Below, piece by piece: positions 9,492 through 19,071 of a stretch of 64,000 nucleotides of DNA (positions are counted from its first letter, which is position 1; each line of letters opens with the position of its first letter). The DNA comes from an uncultured Planctomycetota bacterium. Its GTDB lineage: Bacteria > Planctomycetota > Planctomycetia > Isosphaerales > Isosphaeraceae. The DNA lies in the NCBI GenBank assembly GCA_963845755.1, contig CAWJTV010000042.1:192001-256000 (forward strand), read 5' to 3'. The notes under the pieces were generated by a model. That model saw only the letters and a list, made by a program, of their open reading frames with translations. It was not told where the DNA came from and did not search any database. The position numbers were made by a program, and so were the translations under genes.

Positions 9492-10445
9492 ATGGCGAAA
9501 CTCGGCTATGAAGACAGCTTGACCGGAAACATGATCGGCAAGGGTGAGGCAACCACGCAACTCAAGGACATCGTCAAGGCGCTGCCGCTCCGGGTCCTCT
9601 CGGAGGCCGACTGGCACCACTGGACGACCCGGGGTTACGTGATCGTCAAGGATGCTGTGCCGCCGGAGAACCTGCGCCGATCGGTCGAACTCCTCTGGGA
9701 GTTCCAGGAGATGGATCCGAACGATCCGTTGACCTGGTTCAAGCCTCAGCTCCGCGAGAACGAGATGAAGGAGCTCAATAATAGCGGCATGGTGGAGATC
9801 TACAATCACCAGTACCTCTGGGATAATCGACAGGCTCCGCGCGTCTATGACGCGTTCGTCAACATCTGGGATCGCGAGGATCTCTGGGTCAAGATCGATC
9901 GCGCGAACCTCAACCCGCCGAACCGGGGGATCCGCCAGTTCTCGGGATTCATCCACTGCGATGTCGATACCTCGCTGGTCCCGATGCCGGTGAATGTTCA
10001 GGGCGTCTTGTCGCTGGTGGATACCGATCCCGATATGGGCGGATTCCAGTGTGTCCCCGAGCTGTTCCGGACGCTCGAGGACTGGATCCCGACGCAGCCC
10101 GCGGATCGAGATCCCTGGGCGCCCGACCCGGCCGGATTCGAGATCGTCGATGTCTCCACCCGGGCGGGCGACTTGTTGATCTTCAACAGCCTGCTGCCTC
10201 ACGGCATCCGCCCCAACCGATCTCCGGACCGTGTGCGCATCGCTCAATACATCGCCATGCGGCCGGCCGAGGAAGCGAACGGGGAGCTCCGCGAATGGCG
10301 CATCCGCTCGTGGCGCGACCGCGAGCCACCCCAGGGCTACGCGTTCCCGGGCGATCCGCGCAACTGGGAGAAGACGCGATACCCACGCGCCCAGCTGACG
10401 ACGCTCGGCGAGAAGCTGCTCGGCTCCCGGGGCTGGGCCGAATGA
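9492..10445 (+). CDS. Phytanoyl-CoA dioxygenase (PhyH) family Fe/2OG enzyme
   Basis: GYVIVKDAV, HxD (IHCD), GDLLIFNSLLPHG, RIAQY. Confidence 0.9.
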   Translation: MAKLGYEDSLTGNMIGKGEATTQLKDIVKALPLRVLSEADWHHWTTRGYVIVKDAVPPENLRRSVELLWEFQEMDPNDPLTWFKPQLRENEMKELNNSGMVEIYNHQYLWDNRQAPRVYDAFVNIWDREDLWVKIDRANLNPPNRGIRQFSGFIHCDVDTSLVPMPVNVQGVLSLVDTDPDMGGFQCVPELFRTLEDWIPTQPADRDPWAPDPAGFEIVDVSTRAGDLLIFNSLLPHGIRPNRSPDRVRIAQYIAMRPAEEANGELREWRIRSWRDREPPQGYAFPGDPRNWEKTRYPRAQLTTLGEKLLGSRGWAE

Positions 10446-10452
10446 GGCCGAC

Positions 10453-10743
10453 TCAGGTGCGCGTTCCGGCCGAATCCATCGGCGATCGTTCCCCGTACTT
10501 CAGGCCGGACAACGCCACTGCGAAGACGACGACCGAGCCAACGATCAAGCCGGCGATGAGTCCCTGGGTGATGCCGAGTCCCACGCCGACCTGGACGGGG
10601 TCGAACTCGGGCCCGTGGCCCGCGAAGACCGCGCGATAATATCCGGGCATGACCTGACCCAGGGTCGATCCGATCAAACCTCCGGCGATCGCGAAACCGA
10701 ACGCACTGGCGATGATGATCGTGAAGCCCCGCGTGACGGTCAT
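10453..10743 (-). CDS. Small 2-TM membrane protein
   Basis: Gly-rich hydrophobic helices flanking PGYYRAVF. Confidence 0.65.
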   Translation of the reverse strand: MTVTRGFTIIIASAFGFAIAGGLIGSTLGQVMPGYYRAVFAGHGPEFDPVQVGVGLGITQGLIAGLIVGSVVVFAVALSGLKYGERSPMDSAGTRT

Positions 10744-10817
10744 GACATGACTCCGTCGAGCGTTTCCCAACGGCCCGTCAGCCTGAAATCGCCGAGGAGC
10801 CGCTTCTCTCGGGTCGC

Positions 10818-11101
10818 CTACGCTTCGTTCTCCAGGTGCTGCCGGATTCGCGCGGCGAGCGATTCGGTCATCGGCAACAGTCCCTCGGGGTCGTCCGCAT
10901 GGAGCGCGGTGAGCCGGCCGTCCAGGAACCGGAGCAGGTCGCGGACGACCTCAACGTTACCCAGCCGAAGTTGATACCGGGCGAAGGATTCGGCGCAGGT
11001 ACCCCGGCCGCTCGGGCCGCAAGCTTTCCCATAGAGGATCTGTCCCTTGCGAGCGAGCTGGCGCGACGCTCCGGCGATCGCTCCGAGTCCGTGCGATTCA
11101 T
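10818..11101 (-). CDS. Hypothetical protein, probably frameshifted near its 5' end
   Basis: Protein-like frame LARKGQILYGKACG...AESFARYQLRLGNVEVVRDLLRFLD...QHLENEA* lacks its own start, and ATG 11101 is in an adjacent frame. Confidence 0.35.
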
Positions 11102-11108
11102 GACCGAC

Positions 11109-11612
11109 TCACGACTCGTCCGAGGAGGGGCCGATCACGTCGCCGAAGAACTCCTCGTCGCTGGCCCCGTCTTCGGCATCGACCTTCTCGATCGTCGCCT
11201 GGATCTCCTCGGGGGTGCAGATCCCCTTAACGGTTAGCAGGCGATAGAGGGTCGCGATATGGAGCCTGAGCCCGTAGATTTGACGCTCGAGATCGTCGAT
11301 CTCGTCCGAGTCAACATCGTTCTCATCGGCCATGGTCGTATTTCCCTTTTCTGAAAACATCGAAGCTCGCCACCGCCGCATCAATCGGCGTTTCTCGACC
11401 GTCTGGAGGATCCTCGCGGCGCGCTCGGCGTCAGCCGCAGGCACCTGGAGCCGGATCCAGCCCAGGGCAGTGCCGAGGAGCCAGTTCATGTCGACGATCT
11501 CGGCATCGGCCAGGAACGCCGGGATCCCCTCCGCTTCGAGGCGCAACCGGGCCGCTTCCGCGGCGGTGCGAAACGGGTATTGCGCAACGGTCACAGGCTC
11601 GCTCTCGGTCAT
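11109..11612 (-). CDS. DUF2007-like putative signal-transducing domain plus small acidic C-terminal unit (possibly a separate gene from 11333)
   Basis: AEAARLRLEAEGIPAFLAD...IRLQVPAADAERAARIL, and internal ATG 11333 with AAGGGA upstream. Confidence 0.7.
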   Translation of the reverse strand: MTESEPVTVAQYPFRTAAEAARLRLEAEGIPAFLADAEIVDMNWLLGTALGWIRLQVPAADAERAARILQTVEKRRLMRRWRASMFSEKGNTTMADENDVDSDEIDDLERQIYGLRLHIATLYRLLTVKGICTPEEIQATIEKVDAEDGASDEEFFGDVIGPSSDES

Positions 11613-11750
11613 GAGAGTCCCTCCCGCGCTCCCGGCCCCAGCGACCCAGTTCGCTGGGCCGGTGTGCCGAACATCAGCAAAGATTGTACCAGGTTCTCCG
11701 TGGTGAGGAGTTCATCCGACTCCGCACTTCCGCCGAACGCGGCATCGTGC

Positions 11751-12053
11751 TCAGCTCTCGACCCGGACGCACCGACCGAAAATCGCCCCTGCCGAGATCC
11801 AGCCATTGATCCGGCCCCGGTTGTTGCCGATCTGGAACCGCTCTCCCTGGATCGCCTTGATCAGGTGCAGGTACTCGCGGCCGTTCACCTTGCACAGCAC
11901 GATGTCGCCCACACGGAGCGAAGCGGCTTCCACCGGCTCGAGCGTGCAGAGCTGCCCCGACTCGATCTTGCCCGACATCGAGTGGCCCCTCGGGCGGAAC
12001 GAGACGGTCTCGCCGCTCCGGAGCTTCTCGAGATACGCCGACGCCCAGCCCAT
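11751..12053 (-). CDS. Small S24/S26-like peptidase domain protein
   Basis: PRGHSM, VGDIVLC, YLHLIKA, IGNN. Confidence 0.7.
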   Translation of the reverse strand: MGWASAYLEKLRSGETVSFRPRGHSMSGKIESGQLCTLEPVEAASLRVGDIVLCKVNGREYLHLIKAIQGERFQIGNNRGRINGWISAGAIFGRCVRVES

Positions 12054-12101
12054 TGCGTACAACTGCCTCTCGCGATCGGGTTCGTTGCAGCGGCGAACCG
12101 G

Positions 12102-12518
12102 TCAGGAGCGGAACCACGGCTCAACGCCCTCCGGGCTCGACTCCAGGCGCGATCGGATCCTGTCCAGGACCTGGGCCGTTGCCCGCGTGTTCTCCTCCAG
12201 GTGGATCATCAGCCGACAAAGCGTGCCCAGAGCGATCATTTGTAGCCCGGAAACCAGCAATGCCACCGACCAGACGAATGCGACGGTCACGGGCACCCAG
12301 GGAACCATCGGCAGCACGTTGACCGGGGGACCCCCGAACGGACCCACGTCTCGCGGGGGCGCGGCCGACGTGCCCCAGGCAAGGGCGTAAAGACTGACGG
12401 CCAGGAGAAAGGCACCGCCTGCCATCAGCACCGTTCCGATCAGGCCGAAGAGGAGCCCGATCACCCGCAGGGATCGATAACGTTCGTCCGATCGTTGGAA
12501 TGACTGGATCTTTTTCAT
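12102..12518 (-). CDS. 2-TM membrane protein
   Basis: RYRSLRVI + TM...TM + LMIHLEENTR. Confidence 0.75.
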   Translation of the reverse strand: MKKIQSFQRSDERYRSLRVIGLLFGLIGTVLMAGGAFLLAVSLYALAWGTSAAPPRDVGPFGGPPVNVLPMVPWVPVTVAFVWSVALLVSGLQMIALGTLCRLMIHLEENTRATAQVLDRIRSRLESSPEGVEPWFRS

Positions 12519-12593
12519 GGTCCTGGCTCAACGCGAGAACGGATGTCGATCACACCACAGATCGAATCGCAATGTCGGCACCGGCCGCCGATG

Positions 12594-12872
12594 TTATTCA
12601 TCGTCCTCTTCGCCGTCCCATGGCATCTGGGGCAAGGCGTGAAGCCCCGCGATATAACGGGCCTCGTTATAGACCTCGTTCTTCTTGAGGATGTCGAAGA
12701 CTTCCGAGGTGACCACGCAGGCGATTAGCTCCACGGCCCGCTCTCGGGAATAGCCTTCGGCCATGAGCCTGGCCAGCGTCTCGGCGGTCTCGGGCGGTGA
12801 CTCGTCGCGAAGCTGGTTCTCCACGATCTCCAAGAGGACACGACGCAGCCGCGGGTTGACAGTCTGACCCAT
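12594..12872 (-). CDS. Conserved hypothetical helical protein
   Basis: EIVENQLRD..PPET..TLARL..EGYSRERA..LIA motif, GAGG RBS. Confidence 0.75.
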   Translation of the reverse strand: MGQTVNPRLRRVLLEIVENQLRDESPPETAETLARLMAEGYSRERAVELIACVVTSEVFDILKKNEVYNEARYIAGLHALPQMPWDGEEDDE

Positions 12873-13114
12873 GAGACACCTCGCGATGGTTGCACCGGCC
12901 GTTTTCCAGCCGTTCCGCCGGAAGTGATTGCTCGGCGGTCCGATCCGCCGGACCTCCCTCTCGATCCTAACATAATCCCGAGGGGTGGACAGTCTCCTCG
13001 CCACTTCCGGGCTGAGCGACTTGGGTCATTCTACCGGGAACGGCCCGAACTACTGCACCGATGCGGTCTCCGTGACAGTCGTCTTGACGCGCATTTGCTT
13101 CTCCGGCGAGATCT

Positions 13115-13447
13115 TCAAGGCATCCCCCGCTGGCGTGACCGGGAGGCCGGCGCGGTGGATCTGCGCGACCACCACAGACCCAGAAGAGTGATCGCCCCGG
13201 TGATCTGGACGACGCCCAGGAACCAGAAAGGGAGTGTCCATTGGAACATTCCGCCCGGGTTGGTCAGGAGCTTACCGCCACCCGGCACCGGGACGACATT
13301 GTCCGCGCCCAGAGCACGCTCCTCGCCGACCAGGTGGATGAGCCAGAGCATGAGATCGCTGGACCACCAGAGCGTTGCGACACCGGATGCGAGCAGGACA
13401 ATGGCATGACCTACGACGAGTGCTGCGAGGAAAACGGATCGCGCCAT
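13115..13447 (-). CDS. Small membrane protein
   Basis: Two hydrophobic segments, follows the VOC gene on the same strand. Confidence 0.6.
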   Translation of the reverse strand: MARSVFLAALVVGHAIVLLASGVATLWWSSDLMLWLIHLVGEERALGADNVVPVPGGGKLLTNPGGMFQWTLPFWFLGVVQITGAITLLGLWWSRRSTAPASRSRQRGMP

Positions 13448-13464
13448 GAGAAGCTCGCGGATCG

Positions 13465-13860
13465 TTAGCGTTCCACCGGAGACGACTCCGCCGGACCATT
13501 CGAGTAAGACTTGGTGTATCGCGGCTGGTAGAGTTGGACCTCGAACCCGCCTGGAACGCGGAAGAAGGTCACCAGGCCATAGCCGCGGTCGACGACCGGC
13601 CCGGTAAACTCCACGCCGTGCGCCTGGAGCTCGGCGACCGTCTCCTCGATGTCGTCGCAGTAGAACGAGATGTTATGGGTCCCCGACGGTGCACCGCCGG
13701 TCTCATCGGCCGGGTGACAGCCCATGTCGGCTTCGGGCAGGTCAAATATGAGCCAGCCTTCGCCCAGGTTGACAGCAGGGAATCCCAGTTTGTCACGGAG
13801 GAAGGCGCGCAGTGCCTCGGGCTCTGCGGAATAGAACATCGTATGAACGCCGCGGATCAT
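13465..13860 (-). CDS. VOC (glyoxalase/bleomycin resistance/extradiol dioxygenase) family protein
   Basis: MIRGVHTMFYS...FLRDKLG...ISFYCDDIEETVAELQAHGVEF...DRGYG. Confidence 0.9.
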   Translation of the reverse strand: MIRGVHTMFYSAEPEALRAFLRDKLGFPAVNLGEGWLIFDLPEADMGCHPADETGGAPSGTHNISFYCDDIEETVAELQAHGVEFTGPVVDRGYGLVTFFRVPGGFEVQLYQPRYTKSYSNGPAESSPVER

Positions 13861-14174
13861 CAGAACCTCCCGGATCAGTCCCGTGGAAGGGGCGCCGCGC
13901 ATCGCGACGCCGCTCATCCACGTCCCTGGAAGAAACACGTCTATTCTACCATGATCCGTCGCGACAAGGTGACCTTGGTTACGACCTGAGATCAGTCGTG
14001 GCGCTTCGACGCTGTCAGCAGCCCTCGGCATTCGACCGCATCCTTCACAGCCTGGAGGTGCGCGCGGCGGCCAACGAACAGGATCCGCCCAGGACGACGG
14101 CTCGACGGTCAGGACGGCCGAGATCACCCTCGATTCCGCCGCGAGGTTTCTTGGTAGAATCGTTCGAAATGGTG

Positions 14175-14230
14175 GTTTCAAGACGGGGACAGGCACCTCG
14201 AAGACACGGAGCCAGTCCCCCTTTTGAAAC
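14175..14230. repeat. REP-like palindrome, family A (GGGGAC(A/T)GGC...GCCAGTCCCC)
   Basis: Imperfect inverted repeat, homologous to 23625-23692 and 55615-55665. Confidence 0.8.
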
Positions 14231-14320
14231 AGCGTGTCAGTGGAATCTCTGCGCGGTGCGCGCATCATCGGGAATTTTGAATCAGCAATCCCTCTTGGGT
14301 TGCGGCTCCGCCGCGTCAGG

Positions 14321-16108
14321 ATGCTCATGGGAAACCCCGAATCCGAATCCCCGAATCTCGAATCCGAGTTGTGGCTGGTGCGAGCGGGCTGGGATCACCT
14401 GAAGTCCCAGCGTCCGCTGGCGGCGTGGGCGACGTGGCGTCGTGCCTTGCGGCGGGACGCAGGCCAGCCGGCCGCCACTCAGGCACTGGCGACGCTCGCG
14501 TCCGCGGCAGATTTTCCGGCGGCGGCCCGGTCCGTACACCGGCTCCGCGAGCCCGAGGATCCCAAACGTCGGGCCGCCTGGGACGATCGGTTGAGGGGCG
14601 ACGACGGCGCTCCGGATCTCGAGGCGATGGCCGACGCATTCGGCCGGCTGGCCGCGGAGGGACCGTCTGATCCCGCAGCCTGGTATAACCGGGCGCTCTG
14701 CCTGGCCTGGCTCGGATACAATCGCGAGGCCATCGGCTGCCTGGACCGCGTGGTCGCCCTGGAGGCCAGCCCGGCATTCGACCGCGCCGTCGCGGCATGG
14801 TCCTTGGCCGAGTTGCTCCGGCAAGGGGGCGGTGCCGAGACGCTGGCCGACGACCTGCGCTTTGCCTGCATCCTCGACGCTGCGCCTCCGGATGTTCCCG
14901 ACCGCCTCGACGAGTTCCCCGAAGTTCGGCGAGTGCCAACTCCCCAGGTTCCGGGCATCGAGCTCGGCTCGGATCCGGAGGTCGTGCTGTTCGAGTGGCT
15001 GGATCGACGCGTCCCGGACGAGTCGGCCCCGGATGCGGGCATCCCTTCGGGGGCCGGCGACCTGCCGGTCGTGCTGGCGAGCGTTGCTCTCAACCGGTCG
15101 TCGCGGACGCTTCGGCTCTCCAGCCCGCGAGTCGAGACGCTGCGTCAGGCCGAGGAGGTGCTCTTTCCCCGGCTCGGGCTCGATCCGGGATCGGCCCGGC
15201 GCGAGGCCGCGCCGCTGCCGCTCCCGTTCCTCGACGCCGACGTCTGGACCGTCCGGGTCCCGCAGGGCCTCGAACCGGCCCGTGCCGATGGTCTGTTGCG
15301 CGACTGGGTCGAGCACTTCTATGAGAACCTGTGGATTCACCGGGCTCGTCAGGGATTGAACGACCTTTCGCCCCTGGCCGCGGCCCATCAGGCCCAGCAA
15401 GGCGATCCGATCCTCAGGGCGAAGCTGGCGGCGGTCGTCGGCTTCCGCGAGCAGCTCGGCAGCCGCGCCAGTGCCCTGCGGCTCTATCAGGGCTATCCGT
15501 TCGATCGGCTGCGGAGGCGGCTCGGACTCGAGCCGTCGGATCCGGCCGCCATCGACCCGTTGGACTTGACCTGTGCCAGTCCCTGGGAGCTGGATCGGCT
15601 GGAACCGTCCACCCTCGACGACTATCGCCTGGTCGAGGCGGTCGCGTCGTCCGCCGGACTTCGCGAGGATGCGCGGACGGCGCCACTGGCGGCCGAACTG
15701 CTCCGGCGCCGGCCCCGGGAAATCGCAGCACTCGATCTGGCCGATGCCGTATCAGCTCTGGTGCGGCCGGCAATGGCCCGCAACGATTGCGACGCCGCCC
15801 TCGGCTGGATCGATCGCGCCCGGCCCCTGGGCGATCCCAGGACGGCATCGCTCCTCGGTGTCTGGCGCGCCGAGATCCTTGCCCGCACCGGCCGTCCCGA
15901 TGGGGCCCTGAGTGCCTATCGAACCCTCGTCCGCGCCGACGATCCGGCCGCGGGAGCCGTGATGGCCCTCGACGCTGCCGAGTCGCTCCTCGACAACGGC
16001 CACGTCGATCAGGCCAGGTCCCTCCTGGAGATCGCGATTGACCTGGCCCACTCCACCGGACGCCTCGGAATCGAATGCCGGGCGCAAGAACTTCTCGACC
16101 GGCTTTGA
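14321..16108 (+). CDS. TPR-containing protein, distant paralog of the SEC-C protein at 3521-5762
   Basis: AAWYNRALCLAWLG TPR and a shared W-x7-L-x3-P-L-x-AA...RxRLG segment. Confidence 0.75.
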   Translation: MLMGNPESESPNLESELWLVRAGWDHLKSQRPLAAWATWRRALRRDAGQPAATQALATLASAADFPAAARSVHRLREPEDPKRRAAWDDRLRGDDGAPDLEAMADAFGRLAAEGPSDPAAWYNRALCLAWLGYNREAIGCLDRVVALEASPAFDRAVAAWSLAELLRQGGGAETLADDLRFACILDAAPPDVPDRLDEFPEVRRVPTPQVPGIELGSDPEVVLFEWLDRRVPDESAPDAGIPSGAGDLPVVLASVALNRSSRTLRLSSPRVETLRQAEEVLFPRLGLDPGSARREAAPLPLPFLDADVWTVRVPQGLEPARADGLLRDWVEHFYENLWIHRARQGLNDLSPLAAAHQAQQGDPILRAKLAAVVGFREQLGSRASALRLYQGYPFDRLRRRLGLEPSDPAAIDPLDLTCASPWELDRLEPSTLDDYRLVEAVASSAGLREDARTAPLAAELLRRRPREIAALDLADAVSALVRPAMARNDCDAALGWIDRARPLGDPRTASLLGVWRAEILARTGRPDGALSAYRTLVRADDPAAGAVMALDAAESLLDNGHVDQARSLLEIAIDLAHSTGRLGIECRAQELLDRL

Positions 16109-16188
16109 CGCACGAAGATACGGACGAAACATTCGTGGCGTCGAGACGCCTCAAGGAGGAGGAGATCCTTGCTGCTTCCACGTCTCGA

Positions 16189-16722
16189 TCAGGAAAACCA
16201 GGGCCGTCGCGTGGTCCGCAACGTGACCAAACGTCGCCGGCCATCGATCGTCAAGTGGAGGTTCGCCCACCGCAAGGCGCGGAGCCCGAGGAGGGGCAAG
16301 CGCGGCGCGCGCGTCGCCTCTTGGGGATAAACGACGATCCCCGAGGGGAGATCGAGCCGGAAGGGATTTCGATCTGCTGGCCGATCACGCTCTCCCCGCG
16401 CGTTTGGTCTGAGCCAGATGTCAGCGTGATACGAAGGAACGTGGTCTCCGCTGACGCGAACGGCTCCGTACTTCGATAGGTATCGCGGATCCAGTCCAGC
16501 CCATCGGACCAGGTGATCCTCTCGAATCGAGAAATTGTGGGTGTGCCCCGTATCGAGAATCGCTGGGAAAAAGGGATAGGCAGGATCGTATTCGGTCTGG
16601 CCGCGCTCCGTGAGGCCAACCCATACGATAATCTGATCGGCTTTGATCGAGACATGATGGCCTTGAAAAACGACCGTCGTGGTCGTGACGAAGAAAGGAA
16701 GGTCCCGACTAATGATCGTCAT
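16189..16722 (-). CDS. Retropepsin-like aspartyl protease
   Basis: FPAILDTG catalytic motif and C-terminal PLLGLRAL. Confidence 0.75.
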   Translation of the reverse strand: MTIISRDLPFFVTTTTVVFQGHHVSIKADQIIVWVGLTERGQTEYDPAYPFFPAILDTGHTHNFSIREDHLVRWAGLDPRYLSKYGAVRVSGDHVPSYHADIWLRPNARGERDRPADRNPFRLDLPSGIVVYPQEATRAPRLPLLGLRALRWANLHLTIDGRRRLVTLRTTRRPWFS

Positions 16723-16745
16723 GGAGGCATCCTGCCTGTATGGCC

Positions 16746-17384
16746 TCAAATATCGCAGAACTCTTCCCAGTCGAGTTCATCCGGCGGCTCCGGCTCGATG
16801 CCCCGGACGACGAATTCGTCGTGGTCCAGACCTTGGCGGAGACATTGCTGATAGAGCTTGTTTTTGGAGCGTCCGATCCCAAGTTGCCGATCACCGCTGT
16901 AAGCCACCCACTTGCCTGCATGCTTCTTGAGCAACTCCGGCAGGTCGCGGCTAAACGCTTCCTGACCGCTCTGGATCAGCGGAGGGACCGGTCGATGGAC
17001 CCAGGAGCGATCGTTGGCGATCTGAGGGTCCAGTTCTTCCTCGACCGGATTGAGCGACTCGACCATCTTGCAAAACTCTTCCCAATCCACTTCCGGCTCG
17101 ATGCCTCTTACGACGAATTCGTCGTGGTCCAGCCCCTGGCGGAGGCATTGCTGATAGAGCTTGTTTTTGGAGCGTCCGATCCCAAGTTGCCGGTCACCGC
17201 TGTAGGCCACCCAATGGCCTGCGTGCTTCTTGAGTAGTTCGGGCAGGTCGCGACTGAACGCTTCCTGACCTCGCTGGATCAGTGGCGGGACCGGTCGATG
17301 GACCCAAGAAGAGTCGCTGGTGACCTGAGAGCCCGGTTCATCTTCGACCGGACGACTCGGATCGGCAGGCGATATCGAGGACAT
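16746..17384 (-). CDS. DUF5678-like protein with internal tandem duplication (2 x ~101 aa)
   Basis: QEAFSRDLPELLKKHAG(H/K)WVAYSGDRQLGIGRSKNKLYQQC twice, 303-nt period. Confidence 0.75.
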   Translation of the reverse strand: MSSISPADPSRPVEDEPGSQVTSDSSWVHRPVPPLIQRGQEAFSRDLPELLKKHAGHWVAYSGDRQLGIGRSKNKLYQQCLRQGLDHDEFVVRGIEPEVDWEEFCKMVESLNPVEEELDPQIANDRSWVHRPVPPLIQSGQEAFSRDLPELLKKHAGKWVAYSGDRQLGIGRSKNKLYQQCLRQGLDHDEFVVRGIEPEPPDELDWEEFCDI

Positions 17385-17588
17385 GATCGCGACCCTCGCG
17401 AGCAGTGACTGCGGGAACACGGGGACCTCCACCACATTATCGACCATCGCTCCCGGGTTGACAAGCCGGAATGCCAAGCTTCACCGTCCTATGAAGGGGC
17501 CAGGGTCTTGGGATTTGCGGCCGGTTCGATTAGTCTGATGCGACACCAGGGATCGTTACGCACCTCAATCGACGACGAGGACGCTCCG

Positions 17589-19001
17589 ATGTCGCAGACG
17601 GTTGCCAGCGCCGCGACTAACCTCCAACCCGGCGCGTCCGGTCCGGGCGTGGATCGCCACCCGACCGGGCTCATCATCCTGTTCGCCACCGAGATGTGGG
17701 AGCGGTTCGGCTTCTACACGGTCCTGGCCGTGATGACCCTGTTCCTCCAGGACAAGGTCGAGGGATTCGGCTGGACCAAATCTCAGGCCACTGGTCTCTG
17801 GGCCAACTATCTCATGTTCGTCTATCTCACGCCCTTCATCGGCGGCTGGATCGCCGACCGGTACCTGGGATATCGGCGGTGCATCCTGCTCGGAGGGGTC
17901 ATCTTCGTCGCGGGGTACTTTCTCCTCTCCACGGGCTCGATCGCGTCGTTCTACATCGCGCTCGGCCTCATCTTCGCCGGCAATGGGCTCTTGAAGCCCA
18001 ACATCTCGACGATGGTCGGCAATCTCTATTCCCCTTCGAGTCCGCTCAAGGACTCGGCCTACAACATCTTCTACATGGGGATCAATGTCGGCGCATTCCT
18101 GGCGCCCGTGTCCGCCGAGGTCCTCCGTCAGAAGATCGGATTCCGGGCGGCGTTCTTCTCCGCGGGCGTGGGAATGATGATCGGGACGATTCTCTTCAGC
18201 ATCTGCTATCGCTACCTCACTCAAGGCGAGCGGAAGAAGCCCGTCGATGACGCGCGGCCCATGGAGTTGGCCGAGGACATCCTGCCCACCCGCGAGAAAA
18301 CCCCCATCGACGAAGTTCCCGAATGGAAGCGAATCGGGGCGCTTCTGGTCATCTTCGGCATCGTCATCGTATTCTGGATGGTCTTCCATCAGAATGGCAG
18401 CACGATGACGTACTGGGCCAACGACAACACAGATTGGGGCGCTTCCCGGGTCACCCCGATCTTGATCCAGATCTTCACCCTCGGGCTGATCGACGGCTCG
18501 AACGTATCCGGCGTGATCTCGAACGCGATCAATCCCTTCTGGGTCGTCGTGCTCTCGATACCGCTGGTGCGATTCTGGCGCTGGCTGAACTCCAAGGGCC
18601 TGGAGCCATCCACCCCCACGAAGATCGGCCTGGGGATGGTCCTGACCAGCGGGGCCTTCCTGATCCTCGCCCTCGGTGGACTGCTCGGCGGTGACACGGG
18701 CCGTGTCTCGCCCTGGTGGATCATCGGGGCCTACTGCGTCATCTCGCTCGGTGAGTTGATGCTCAGCCCGATGGGGCTCTCGCTGGTCTCGAAGGTGGCA
18801 CCGGCTCCGATGCGCGGGCTCATGATGGGGGGCTGGTTCGTCGCGACGGCCATCGGCAACAAACTCACGCAGATTGGCCAGATCTGGGAGACGTGGCCCC
18901 ATTCCCAGTTCTGGTTGCTGCTGTCGATGTTGGCCCTGGGTATGGCCTTCGTCCTGTTCGCCCTGCTCAGGCCGTTGAAACGTGCGATGCCCGGCGTGTA
19001 G
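17589..19001 (+). CDS. POT/PTR family proton-dependent oligopeptide MFS transporter
   Basis: EMWERFGFY, GGWIADRYLG, GNGLLKPNIS, FYMGINVGA, GELMLSPMG. Confidence 0.96.
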   Translation: MSQTVASAATNLQPGASGPGVDRHPTGLIILFATEMWERFGFYTVLAVMTLFLQDKVEGFGWTKSQATGLWANYLMFVYLTPFIGGWIADRYLGYRRCILLGGVIFVAGYFLLSTGSIASFYIALGLIFAGNGLLKPNISTMVGNLYSPSSPLKDSAYNIFYMGINVGAFLAPVSAEVLRQKIGFRAAFFSAGVGMMIGTILFSICYRYLTQGERKKPVDDARPMELAEDILPTREKTPIDEVPEWKRIGALLVIFGIVIVFWMVFHQNGSTMTYWANDNTDWGASRVTPILIQIFTLGLIDGSNVSGVISNAINPFWVVVLSIPLVRFWRWLNSKGLEPSTPTKIGLGMVLTSGAFLILALGGLLGGDTGRVSPWWIIGAYCVISLGELMLSPMGLSLVSKVAPAPMRGLMMGGWFVATAIGNKLTQIGQIWETWPHSQFWLLLSMLALGMAFVLFALLRPLKRAMPGV

Positions 19002-19071
19002 CCGAGAGACGGGACGTCCGAACTCCCGATTCCCGATTCCAGCGGGTTTTCATTGCGATAAGGGAAGCTTT

